DNA of 47,325 nt from contig LWCA01000153.1 of the NCBI GenBank assembly GCA_001642005.1, positions 1-47,325 of the forward strand, given 5' to 3'. This stretch comes from Intoshia linei. Lineage: Eukaryota > Animalia > Orthonectida. Below are positions 1 through 11,710 of this stretch, piece after piece (position 1 is the first letter of the stretch; each line of letters starts with the position of its first letter). The position numbers were made by a program, and so were the translations under genes. The notes under the pieces were generated by a model, which worked only from the letters and a program-made list of their open reading frames with translations, did not search any database and had not been told where the DNA came from.

Positions 1-907
1 TTGATTTAGTTTGTAGTTTTAATTTCGATTTCATAAATCTTTCACTTTTCTCATCATTTTCGTTGGAATTAATGTTCAAATTCTTAAAACCATTTCATTT
101 TTTCTTTATGGGTTATTAAAAATTTCGCTTTAAATGTTTTTCTATAAAATATTTTCAATGACTTATCAAATAGAAAAAACTTATGTACTTCGTACAAACA
201 GCACCTAGCTCTCAATTAATCAATCAATTTCCGAAAATAATATTCATGAGACTACAATCTATCTTAAAAATATATATAAAATTTGTTTTTTTAAAAAACA
301 TGATTTACTTTTTAAATATTAAAATAATCAAAGCAAAATGATTCTATTATAAAATATTGAAACGAATATTAATGAACCTTTTCTCAAATGAAATTATCTA
401 AATTTTTTTATGAATCACCTAAACTGACCCTTAACTTATATAAAATTGAATATGTATATTAAAATTACAGTTATATCCAGTGAACACACAAAAAATTTCA
501 ATCTGATAAAGTTACGTCTTCACGGTAAAAAAGCACTTTAGTATTACATTTTTTATAGTGAAACTATTTTATTAAAACAAAAAATTTGAAATAATTAATG
601 GTTCCTACATTTAAAAAAAAAGATTAATTTGATAGAGCTTATTTCAGTGGAAGTTAGCATACTTTCTACAACGAAACATTAAAAGTATAAATATATTAAG
701 TTTATTTATTCAGTCTTTCACTTGCAAAATAGGATTTTAAAAAACATTGTATCCAAAGATTAGGAGACAATCTTGACCATTTCGAAAAACATCCGTTCGC
801 CTCGTTTACCAATCGTTTCAAAAATTTTTTAAATCTTTTCCATGTCAATATCCTTTTGTAACGATTGGCAGATAAGAACTCTGATAAGTTCATCTTAAAT
901 AAAAAGA

Positions 908-979
908 TGTCCAAATCTCGATTCGAACCTAGCCACGCAGAATACAATTATATGACTATAACCACTCTGCCAGTTAGAC
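908..979 (-). pseudogene. tRNA-like pseudogene or tRNA-derived SINE head (72 nt)
   Basis: Minus strand reads GTCTAAC TG GCAG AGTGGTTA TAGT C ATATA ATTGTAT TCTGC GTGG CTAGG TTCGAAT CGAGA TTTGGAC A, then TCTTTTT. It has an A-box (TGGCAGAGTGG), a B-box (GGTTCGAATC), 6/7 acceptor-stem pairs, canonical tRNA spacing and a T5 Pol III terminator. The anticodon and T stems are broken. Confidence 0.65.
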
Positions 980-1602
980 ATCACAAGTGAGTTATATCAA
1001 AAGTATATATCGAATCTCGATTAAAATGATAGCGATATATCACTACACCTTTACTTATATAAAATTGAATGTCTGTGTTACCAATTATTTGAAAAATTGA
1101 CAGTCGCAGAATTTCAAAAAACCAAATTTCTAATACAGTTTTGCCAGTGCGAGTGTCTACATCTATTTTCCGTTTCCGATGTTATATTTATCAATAAGAT
1201 AAAACTGGATTCCGTTTTGAAAATACCACTTTATGCACTGAAAATGTATGTATATTATTCGTGGAAGTGTTATAAATCCTTATCCCAAAAAAAGTTCATT
1301 TTCACAATAAATACCACAGATTATTTTTTTTTAAAAAATTAAAAAAAATGAGTTATTAGAGATATTTCCAGTTAACCTACACAATAAAAATAAACTATCA
1401 ATTAGAAAGTTAAAATTTTAATAAGGTCAGATAATTACTATATAAATATAAACCAATAATTAAATTTAAAAAATAATAAAAAAGGCACATTTCCAAATTT
1501 AAAGCGGCACACTGTGTCTCCATATAGTTTGAGAAACACTTTCCTAGCTAATAATTTTTCCTGTGGTCGATAAGGGCTTACATGATTACATTAATTTAAT
1601 AC

Positions 1603-2724
1603 CTGCTAAAAGACTAATAATGGAAAGTAAAATCTTTTCAATTGACTGACTAGGTGACCATCGTTCATTTTTTGATTCATAACCAGAAGGATCATCTCCT
1701 GGAGCATGTAATATCGATATACAAATTCTGCCATCTTGGTAAACTAAAAAAACATTATAGTTATCAATTAATACTATTGTTATTAATCATTTATATAATT
1801 TGTTGACAGGCTAATTCCTATTTAACGGAATTCCTCGTTACGGAAAAAAATTTCAGATTATTTTTCTAATGTACAAAAATTCCGTTAAATTTCAACTTAA
1901 AATTCAACAAATTCTTATTTTAAGAGGTCCACGACGAAAAACATTTTCCGAACTAACTTGCACATTTCACATGCACTCAAATTTCAAATGAAGGTTAACG
2001 GATACAAGTAATTTCATGATTAAAATATTACCATTTGGGTGAAAGATATTGGTAACAAATCTGGCTGTAGGCGGTGCTAACGGGTAGTCTAATTTTTAAT
2101 TAAATATGACAAATAAAACAAAACCCAACGTAAAATCTAGACGAATTTTAAAAACTCCTCCATCAAAATCACAACCCTCTGGTGCTCTAATTTATATTTT
2201 ATCATTGTACTCAATTTAAATTACATACACAGAGCTTCCCATTCCAACATATTATTTTCATTGATAGGCCCAGCGACAATTCCTTCTGTAGGATTATCAA
2301 TCAAATCTAAATTGAAAAAGTATTATTCTATCATATTCGATATGTGATTCGCAATGTGGTGGTGTGAACCACTAGTGGTCCTCAAAGAACCTTCAGTAAT
2401 AATTACTAAAAACAAACTTTTTTAAATTTTAATTATAAATTGATATAGGAAACCTTCACATAAAAATTAACGAAATCCACTCAATATTGTATAATTATTA
2501 TAGAATGCGTACGTTACATGTTTATAGTAGCCAACATAAATTTTTTCCTCGTGGAAACTGACCATTGGACAGTTTGAAAAGACTGATCCAAAAAAAAATT
2601 AGAATAACCAAGAAATGGTCGACAAAGTAAAAAAGGTTGATAAACCCTGCTCTCATAATTTTAATTAATATTTAAAATTACTCTTAAACTCTGACGCTAA
2701 TCGACGAATCGCAAATCCAACCAT
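1603..2724 (-). CDS. UBE2G2: Ubiquitin-conjugating enzyme E2 G2 (Ubc7-like); 5 exons seen, last exon not found (probably left of window)
   Basis: Spliced translation [40 protein letters not shown]...[10 protein letters not shown]...[52 protein letters not shown]. It has the HPN motif, the catalytic Cys and the acidic-loop insertion typical of Ubc7/UBE2G2. GT-AG introns include 36- and 39-nt ones. Confidence 0.93.
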
Positions 2725-3195
2725 TAAAAGTTATATCAATTTTATCAACAAAAGAAAACAATAATTTAAGCTGAAATTTACTTTATTGACAGATTTAGAA
2801 ACTAAAAATTCTTACAGTATGTATCTTCACTTGGATTTCAATTAATTCATGAATTTCGATATTAAACACTGCAATTAATCAAATGACCTACTATTTATTG
2901 TCATGGTTAATTTAAATTTAACGGAAATTAACATCGCAACATATTAATGCGCATCTTTATGTCTGTTTTGTTTGTACTATTGTCTGTGGAGTGATTATAG
3001 ATTTTTTTTATAATTTTAAAGAAATGTTAATTTCATTTTATAAAATATTTTGCTTCATTATCTAAATATCATTCATCAGGTAATGTAATGTAACTTATTT
3101 TGTTTGCTATCTTTACAATTTATAATTCTTGTCATCCATTCTACTTAAATAAAGTTTAATTTAATATCGTTCAATTCTAAGAAAAAGTATCAAAC
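2725..3195. promoter_or_regulatory. Putative bidirectional promoter region UBE2G2/TIM8
   Basis: Head-to-head start codons 471 bp apart; inferred from gene layout only. Confidence 0.45.
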
Positions 3196-3453
3196 ATGGA
3201 CGAAAAAAATCAAGAAAAGATATTAAAATTCGCAAACGAACAACGTCAAAAACAGGAACTAACAAGTTATGTGCATAAATTAACAGACATTTGTTGGGAC
3301 ACGTGTATATCTTCAATCAGTCATAAGTTGGATTCCAAATCATCAACATGTGTAGACAATTGTGTTAATCGTTATTTTGATATGCAAAAAGTTATTGCAA
3401 CCCGACTGACCAAATTAGCTTCAAACGCTACAAATGAAAATTATTACAATTGA
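3196..3453 (+). CDS. TIMM8: Mitochondrial import inner membrane translocase subunit Tim8 (small Tim)
   Basis: 85 aa single-exon ORF with twin CX3C motif (CWDTC...CVDNC) and Tim8-like context LTDICWDTC...KLDSK...CVNRYFD. Confidence 0.9.
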   Translation: MDEKNQEKILKFANEQRQKQELTSYVHKLTDICWDTCISSISHKLDSKSSTCVDNCVNRYFDMQKVIATRLTKLASNATNENYYN

Positions 3454-3718
3454 CCCTACTTGTAAATTTAAATTTATTAAACTTTAATTTTTTAACATGT
3501 ATTAACAGTGTTAATTTAACACTGTACAAGAAATTATTTCGATGCAGTTCGCAATAATCAATTTCCCCCTATTTTCTCTGTGCCTAAACTTGATGTAATG
3601 ATGAATAAGTCCTATAGCAGCACTGTCCATTAATTTCATGTATATCAGCGTTTTTCTGTGAAAATGAAACCCACATCAAACCTATGTTAAGGATGATTGC
3701 AAGGGATAGTGGGTAAAA

Positions 3719-4413
3719 TCAAAATAAGAAACACTGTCAAATTTCATGGAATATATTTTATTTATTTTACCTTGTTTATTCCTGGCAATTGGAATAGAAC
3801 CGATATTATAGGAATTTTTCTAAGAAACGTGATGCCAATAGGTATAAATCCCCTAAAATAAAACGTAATTATTATCATATGACGCAGTTAAGTCTCCAAA
3901 CCTGAAAAGTAACACGAAACCATACAGTTCGACAATCATACCAAGAATTGGCCAACCAAATAATAATATAACCATTCCAGAAAAAAACGATATGGTAGCT
4001 TTAGCCTTTTCCCTTTGAAAAAAAAATGTTAATGTCCTTTTTACGCCAATCATGCATGTTATACCAGTGATAAATAAAATCTAAATTGAAATTATTTTGA
4101 TTACAACTTTATACATTTCCTATGGCTAATAATCCTCGATCAAAAATCATAACGACACCCAAACATAATAGTAATGTTCCAATCGACAATAATCCAATTC
4201 CTATTTCTAAATTGTAAGTATTGATTTCAAAAGAATCATTTTAATCAAATAATTTTCAAAATAGAGGTTGGGGAACCTCTATTTTGGTAATTATAATAAT
4301 GCACATAAATAATATCTTAAGAAAAATTGGTTGGGAATTCCAACTTGGCATCACTAAATTAAAACTGAAAACTCAGGATTACTTTGTATATCTGTTATTG
4401 CGAAAGCAGCCAT
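3719..4413 (-). CDS. GOLT1: Vesicle transport protein Got1/GOLT1; terminal exon uncertain
   Basis: Spliced MAAFAITDIQKIGIGLLSIG...MIFDRGLLAIGNILFITGITCMIGVKRTLTFFFQREKAKAT...GWPILGMIVELYGFVLLFRGFIP...FLRKIP...LPGINK, a Got1/Sft2 family match. The end coordinate assumes a 37-nt last intron (3734-3770). Confidence 0.9.
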
Positions 4414-4532
4414 TTTTTAATTTTAAAATAAAGTTTTTTTATTGACAATTTTATATATCATTTAAATACAGAAGCTGTAGTACTGACTTATGTTTACAGT
4501 ATATTGCATTGTTTTTGTTAATATTAAATAAA

Positions 4533-5530
4533 CTAGTGTAACTGTCATGTACTTCGTACAAACTCTGCCGAGGGCGGACATTTTTATTCTACCAGAAAAA
4601 TCAATAAAAAAATTTAACCTAAAAATGCTACTATTCACTATTATAAATCTTTTAAAGGAGTGGTTCCAGACTTTTTAGACGTGGACCCGTCATATCACAT
4701 TACGTTTTAATTTTAAGTGAATTATCATTAAATTTATTTTGTTAACATTTGTGTAACGAATTTAAAAAAAATTGTTATCCCATTTTTTAATTTATTAAAC
4801 AAGGTATAATCTTAAAAATAAAATAAAAACAGTCCAATTCTAAAAATTGTCATAAATAGCATAAATTCCAGAAAAAATAAAATTAAGAAACCTATTTTGT
4901 CATTTTCAATGTGATGACATATATTCAGTATCAATTTAATAAATAAATCCTAAAAATTGTCATAAATAGCATAAATTCCAGAAAAAATAAAATTATAAAC
5001 CTATTTTGTCATTTTCACTGTGATATATATATGTATATTAATATATGCATTATGCAGTACCAATTTAATAAATTTAGTTATTAATATAGTATACTAATAA
5101 TTATTAATATTAATATAGTAATTAAAAATACCTGTAGCGTGAGTAGCGTAGCGTGAGACTAACTTTACTCTTATTAACGAATTATTATATTATCAATACA
5201 ATCTTTTATCTCGTACATTTTGAAATCAATAACCAAACTTGAAAATATATTTTTCTGTACATTAAATATCAATAATTAACGGAATCAGCACTTTAGAAAC
5301 ATATTTCCGATGAATTTTACCAATATTGTAATAAATATAAAAATGATAATAACAAAGTTGTATTACAATCAGTAATTCGTTGTTGTAGTTTTAATTTAAA
5401 TTTTAAACCAAATGTTTTGAAAATAAGAATTTGAGAATCAAAAATTGCTTAGCAATGAAAAAAAACCCGAAGGAATCAATTATATAGATTTCCATCCATA
5501 TTTATTTATTGGAAATGTGTAAACTTGAAC
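4533..5530 (-). mobile_element. Non-autonomous Helitron-like family, 3' portion (with ~110-bp internal tandem duplication at ~4840-5075)
   Basis: Minus strand ends TGTAC-GAA-GTACA hairpin ... CTAG|T at 4533. Blocks at ~5270-5530 align to the reverse complement of 40440-40660. Confidence 0.7.
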
Positions 5531-7029
5531 AAAATGGATAAAATCTGATATTAATGAAATAATTATATATTGAAATATTTAATTTAGATAAATAAATGGA
5601 TGGTTTAAATATTAGGGTGAGGAAATATGTGAGTTCATTTGAAATAAATTATATATGACAATGTGATGTACAATGTACATTTTAACAATTCAACTTTATC
5701 TGGAGGTTTATAGAGATATAATATAAAACATCTCAACTTTTTAACGCTTTGTAGAGTGAACATATATTTCAAAGACATTTAGTAAACGGGTAAATACATA
5801 CAAAAGCGGAATTTACGAAATACAAAAAATTTCCAATCTACAATGTTAAATACAATTTAATTCTAGTATTATCTACAGTAATTTGTGAATTATTTAATTT
5901 GTTCTTGAGTACATAAATGTTCACATTTTTATTAATAATCCAGTATATATCATCTCCAAATTGTAATTCAAATGGCTTCTTTTTAGTTTTGACATTTGTA
6001 TGAAAATATTTTTGAAGTCTCACTCACATAAAATTTACATCCGGACCACGGTAATTCAGAGATATACCTGAACAGATGAAAATTATAGGTTATAAACAAG
6101 AATATGTTATACATGTTTACTTACATACATAGTAAATGTTAATAAACATATATATGTAACTGGCATGTTTTACTATGGAATATAATTTTCAAATATTTTG
6201 AATGATATTTCTTTTAAAATATTTCTTAGAAACAACTAAAATGAGTTGAAACTATGAGGTGTTGACAAAATGAAATGAAGAAAATCGGCTGGACATTTTT
6301 GCAAATTTAAATCCGAATCAGTTTGATTTGATACTCTTAAACTTTAAAGTCTAATGTACATGAGTATTTCGTAACCGATACGCCGAGGCACCCGACAAAA
6401 TCAAAGTGCGCGTAAAAAGTGAAGTATAAAAATAGATGAAAACTAATAATATTTATCAACGAATTGTTTGAAAATAGCAAATGTGAGAATCAAGTAGTTT
6501 GATGACACCTAAACGTATGAGTACATATACCCACATCAGCGATCTATAGATATTCTATTCTAATTTTAATACCAAAATAGTTTACGCGAACTGTAACACA
6601 ATTTATCGAATGTCAATTTAAATAAAACGAAATTTTGTATTTAGAATTTACGCATATACATTGTATATTATACAAGTATAAGTAAAAAAATTATCTCGTA
6701 ATATAAGGTTCATAGGCAAATCGATGCAAGTGCATTAGTTCGGATGTACCAAAAATAGTCTTCCTAATATTATCTTCTCTTACAATTTCGAATGAAAATA
6801 ATTTATTCTAAATATATTATTTTGTAGAATAATTATTTCATTAATTCACTAATAATTAATGAGTTAATTAACATGTAAATTATTACATTTTATTTATATA
6901 AAAATTATATTATTGAATATCATAACCAGGGTTTGAATTAATTGCTTATTAAAAAATAACTGAATTAATTGTAATAAATTTGTTTTTTAAAATATAAAAA
7001 AATTTCAATTAAAGATTGATAACAATATC

Positions 7030-7114
7030 ATAATCATTTTTAAAAAACTGGTCATGTGGTTATAATGAATATACTAAAATGTTGTTTGTTCGAAGTACAT
7101 AAAAGTCAAGCTAG
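7030..7114 (+). mobile_element. Helitron-like 3' terminus
   Basis: TTGTTTGTTCGAAGTACATAAAAGTCAAGCTAG|T, the same terminal motif as other copies. Left boundary approximate. Confidence 0.55.
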
Positions 7115-7349
7115 TAGGTTAAATAAATCATTTTTCTGGTGACAAACGCGTTTCTACTTTTCTAAAATTGCATAGAATAATGAAAAGTTGTTAATATTTT
7201 ATTATACAATATCAAACTATTTTAGTTGCATTATACTATTATATTTTAGTTTTATTTTATTTAAGTATTTTATTTGCAAAATAGTACAGTCAAAATCTCA
7301 TTTAACGAAAATGGCAAAACATTNCATATGCAATCATCGGTCACTAATG

Positions 7350-7668
7350 GGTTAAATATCCTACTATTTACTTTTATAAATCCTTTAAAGGTGTGGTTCT
7401 CAAACTTGTTTCGGGTGGAACCATCATATCACATTATTTTTACTTTAAAGTGAATTATTTCATCTTAAATTTTTTGTTTGTTAACATTTGCGTAAATAAT
7501 TTTAAAAATAATTGTCCCATTTTTTTAATTTATTAGACAGAATGAGTTGTATAATCTTAACAATAAAGTAAAAACACTCAAATCCTAAAAATTGTCATAA
7601 ATAGCATAAATTCCAGAAAAAATAAAATTATAAAAACCTATTTTGTTATTTTTAATGTGATGATATAT
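7350..7668 (-). mobile_element. Helitron-like family internal fragment
   Basis: Shares long blocks (e.g. CCTAAAAATTGTCATAAATAGCATAAATTCCAGAAAAAATAAAATT) with 4620-4920 and 10850-11045. Confidence 0.7.
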
Positions 7669-8011
7669 CAGTGATGGCAAAACGTGTGTTTTCGTGTTAA
7701 AAATACACACTTGACCTATTTTTTAACACAATTCACAAAATCGGCGCATTAAAAATTCATTTACAAATAATAAACTCATCAAGAAATAAATTCCATGAGT
7801 AAACAAGGTTTTCTTGCCTTTATGACAATTAGTGTTTTTGACCCCTAAGATGTGAGTTTGGGAAGTTGAAATTTATTTTGCTAACACCCCCGGAAAAACT
7901 GTAATTGAAATGTAAACTTTATAAAAATCTAAGACTGATATTACATGTATTACTTCTAGTAAGGATATTAACTAAATTGTTTATATCCCAAAAATATTTA
8001 AATTTATTTTT

Positions 8012-9893
8012 TTACGAAATGCTGGACATGTAAGCAGAAAATGCTTCATTTTTATATTTTATAGTAGTAGCAAGTGGGTCTGAATTTTGCGTAATTCCTC
8101 TACCAACAACAACAAAGTCTGCAAATTTGAAAGAAACAGCATTGAACGGAGTATTATACTTTTGATCAATACTGTCACAAAATGCATCAGACCGAACACC
8201 TTTGAATGTAATTTAAATAAATTAATTAATAAAATATACCTGGTGTAACATGAATTACGGTAGGATCTGTCATAATTCGTTCTTGTGAAATAAAACCACT
8301 ACAAAAATTTGGATTCGATTTGACTAAGTTTTTGCATTCTATTTTGATTTATAAATTAAAATATTACAATGATTATACCTATAGTTTTATTATATGAAGG
8401 GTTACTACTAAGAGTTGACACTAGTAAACAAAAAATATCCGTATCTTGTGCCATATCCGCCAAAATTTCAACCGTCTTTGATCCTGCAACAACATGACAC
8501 GTTACTGCATCAACCCAATTTTTAAATTGATATGGTCCACTTATAAATTGTCCTTTAACAGTATTACCAATATCGGAAAATTTTCGATCTTCAATTAATA
8601 AAAATTTTAAACAAGTTGAAAGTTTTTTAATTTTTTTAATTATTTCAGCATTAAATAAATCAACGGCATACATGTCACAATGAAGTTTGAGAGCGGCAAT
8701 GTGAGGTCCAACAAGATTTAATAACTAAATCAACATTTGAAAAAATGCAATGTAATTAAATTACCGTTAGAAAAGAATCTGTGTTGGAAATTTCGTCTAC
8801 TGCCAGTATTAAATTTGTTTTTTTTTCGTGAGCTATTTGAAATAATTTTGAAACATTTTTATTTAATTTTTTTTCGTCGTTTAGTTTTGCTCTCGTTACA
8901 AAAGGTAATCTTTTCTCTTCCAAGTGATCTATTAGCATTCCCTTTTGAAAATTACCACCATCAGAATCAGATATAATGCAATCAAATTGTTTTTTATTAA
9001 TTGTGTTATTATTAAAAAAATATTCAGCAACATATCTTTGGGTGAATAAACTGTGAAAATTTAAATTTAAAGTTAATTTCATATCACATTTTTTCACAAT
9101 TTGTCGGTTCATTATAACAAAAACGTGTTCAACAATTAAACCAGCTTCAATTAGTTGGTCGCGTGCTTCGATTATACTTGTGCCAGTAGAACATACATCA
9201 TCTATTAATAAACATTTTTGTCCCTTTTTGAAATTCCCTTCAATCGATTTATTTAATCCATATTCTTTTGGTTTATCACGTACCAAAATCATTGGTTTAT
9301 TTGATATCGAACTTATCAAACTGCTGAATGGAATCGAACCTAATGGTATTCCACAAACAATGTCAACGTCTTTTAATATTTCTTCGAGTAAATTAACAGA
9401 TGTAAATGCTAAACGAGTAAGCAATTCTGGGAAACTCATTAATATTCGAAAATCTATGAATTTAATTAAATTATTTTAAATTTTGTGCGGTTATTTTAGA
9501 ACTAGACCATTTCAGCAAACAAGATTATGGAACGTTAGAAATTTAATAAAATTTTATTTATGGGTACTACCCAAGGCGTAGTGCTGTTAAAATTTTAATC
9601 ACTGATTTAATACAGTGATTGCTCTCAAAAGGGGCCACTTCAAAAAAGATTTTATAATTTTGCTAATAATAAACAAAACGGGAAATTCAGTATTATCTCA
9701 AAAGTGGTAACATAGATGAAGAGCCCATATAAAAAAGTGGATTTGTGTAGTAAATAAAATATGATAGTATTTGATCATTACATAAATTACCAAAATAAAT
9801 ATTTGTAGATATTCCACTCTTTAATATAAAGTCCCCAAATTTCACAATTTCTGCTTTATTTATTTTATCGAGTAATGGTATGCTCTTTAACAT
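8012..9893 (-). CDS. UMPS: Uridine 5'-monophosphate synthase (bifunctional OPRTase + OMP decarboxylase), 5 exons
   Basis: KFGDFILKSG..IYFDFR, RDKPKEYG and the PRPP-binding LLIDDVCSTGTS mark the OPRT domain. KKTNLILAVD, LKLHCD, IEDRKFSDIGNTV, TPGVR and VVVGRGI mark the ODC domain. Stop TAA at 8012-8014. Confidence 0.96.
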
Positions 9894-10002
9894 TTTAACA
9901 GGCTATTTTTATGTTTAATTAAGGTTAAATAAACGTATCTATGGCTTTAAAATTAATGTTTACGTACTTATGAACCGATTCATTCAATATTTATATTAAT
10001 AA

Positions 10003-11045
10003 TTAGCTTGACTGTTATGTACCTCGTACAAACAGCATCCTAGTTTTGCCGAGGGTGGACAGGTGGATTTTATTATACCAGAAAAATAAATTCAATAAGA
10101 AAATTTAACCTAAAAATGCTACTATTCACTATTATCAATCATTTAAAGGAATGGTTCCAAACTTGTTTCAGGTGGACCCGTGATATCACATTACGTTTTA
10201 ATTTAAAGTAAATAATCGATGTGATTATGGGATGTGATGTTTTGATTAGATATGGTGTTAGTATAAATTTGAGGGAGAATACTTTGGTGTTTAATTTAGA
10301 AATAGATCAATGTGTGACGGGGTCTAGTTGTAAATTAAAAGGTGAGATGTGTAATATATTTGAATCTACAAATAAAAAAAAGGGTGGTTGATGCAATTGG
10401 GGTGTGTGATATGGGTTTTTTGAAAAATATTGAGAAAATTAATGTGAAGAATATTTTAAATAACCCTGATATGGAGTATGAATTAGAAAATGGAGTTGTA
10501 GGATTTGAGTTGCAGTTGAAGTAAAAAATTGGTAAGGTGAGTAAAAAATTAGCTAGTGTGTCCAATAAATTTTGTCAGGTGGTAAATCAGTTTGGTGATG
10601 TATTTTGTGAAAAACCTGGCAAAACTAAGTGGTTATAACATGAGATAAATTTGCGTGATGGTGTTAATCTTGTTCGTGGGTCCGTGTATAGTGCTCCAGG
10701 GAATGTGAAACTTAAATTGAGGATACAATTGGAACAAATGTTGAGGTTGGGTGTTATTGAGGTGTCTAAATCTAGTTGGAGGTCCCATGCTTTTTGGTAC
10801 AAAAAAAAGATGGTAAGTACAGATTAGTGATAAAGTCAATTATTCCACGTTAAATTTATTTTGTTAACATTTGTGTAAAAATGTTTGAAAACAATTATTA
10901 TCTTATTTTTTTAATTTATTAGAGAGAATGTGTTGTATAATCTTAAAAATAAAGTAAAAACAGTACCATCCTAAAAATTGTCATAAATAGCATAAATTCC
11001 AGAAAAAATAAAATTGTAAAACCTATTTTGTCATTTTCAATGATA
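10003..11045 (-). mobile_element. Helitron-like family copy interrupted by a gypsy fragment
   Basis: 3' end hairpin plus CTAA|T at 10003. 10017-10216 and 10831-11045 are colinear with the uninterrupted copy at 4547-4920. Confidence 0.72.
10217..10830 (+). mobile_element. Ty3/gypsy pol fragment (protease C-terminus to start of reverse transcriptase), degraded
   Basis: DVIMGCDVLIRYGVSINL (protease end) ... FGDVFCEKPGKT..HEINL...QLEQMLRLGVIEVSKSSWRS.AF(fs)LVQKKDGKYRLVI (gypsy RT N-terminus). Two in-frame stops and two homopolymer frameshifts. Confidence 0.85.
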
Positions 11046-11099
11046 ATATAGTAATAAGTAAGTATAATAATAAGTATTTTCTGTTCCTAGTGGAAGTCC

Positions 11100-11710
11100 A
11101 TTTAATCTAGTGATATGGAAAATCTTTAATCATTATTAATCTTTTTTTTAATTAAATCTTTTAGATCATTTTTTACTTCTCGTTCAAATGCTAAAAACAT
11201 CTTCTGCATTCCATTCTCCGATGTCGAAATTTCCAGATTTTGAGCAGCCCATCCATCTTTAATATCTTTACTGTTTGCCAACTTATTAATTGGTAGTAAA
11301 TCAATAGCGATTAATCTTGCAAGAACCACGCCAGGCTTATATTTTGAAAAAAATGAATGTAATTTTGTTTGTACTGGTTTTGATGAACTATCAGTTTGTT
11401 TCTTTTATTTCAAGATGGTAAATAATTGATGTCGTTGCCTGCTTTGCATTTGGTTATCGATTCATCGCCTACCTTTAATAGAACATGGTTCTAAATGGCT
11501 GACTTTTTTCCAATTGCTTCTTTTCATAAATTTGGATTGTTCATTTAAGGTAATTTTTTTTACTAATAATTTATGTCAAAAAAATAACTAATGTTTAAAA
11601 TAGATGCTAAATATTATATTAAACTGTAGTTCATTGCTATTTTTTAAAATTTAATAATTTACTTGAATTACTGAAGTATTTAAGTAATTACTTACTTGAC
11701 TAAAGCCCTA
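11100..11710 (-). mobile_element. hAT-like transposon relic (5' end plus transposase N-terminal fragment)
   Basis: Minus strand begins TAGGGCTTTAGTCAAGTAAGTAATTAC (hAT-like TAGGG terminus). Translation ATTSIIYHL...QTKL...VLARLIAIDLLPINKLANSKDIKDGW resembles the post-BED-finger region of hAT transposases. Stops upstream; second TIR not found. Confidence 0.55.

Noticed and set aside
702-947. 81-aa minus-strand ORF
   Set aside because: Starts at TTG, overlaps the tRNA-like element and has no recognisable motif; likely a chance ORF within the UBE2G2 intron.
1466-1560. Candidate last exon of UBE2G2 after a 42-nt intron
   Set aside because: Translation lacks the conserved EPN..S.AN.DA segment and includes a hAT-MITE-like terminus (GTGTTTCTCAAAC).
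4533-7114. Apparent 2.6-kb element with terminal inverted repeats
   Set aside because: The two ends are better explained as Helitron 3' termini of two oppositely oriented copies; there is no TSD and the motif occurs singly elsewhere.
7324-7324. Single N base
   Set aside because: Assembly ambiguity, not biology, though it may mark a junction, so nearby repeat truncations should be treated cautiously.
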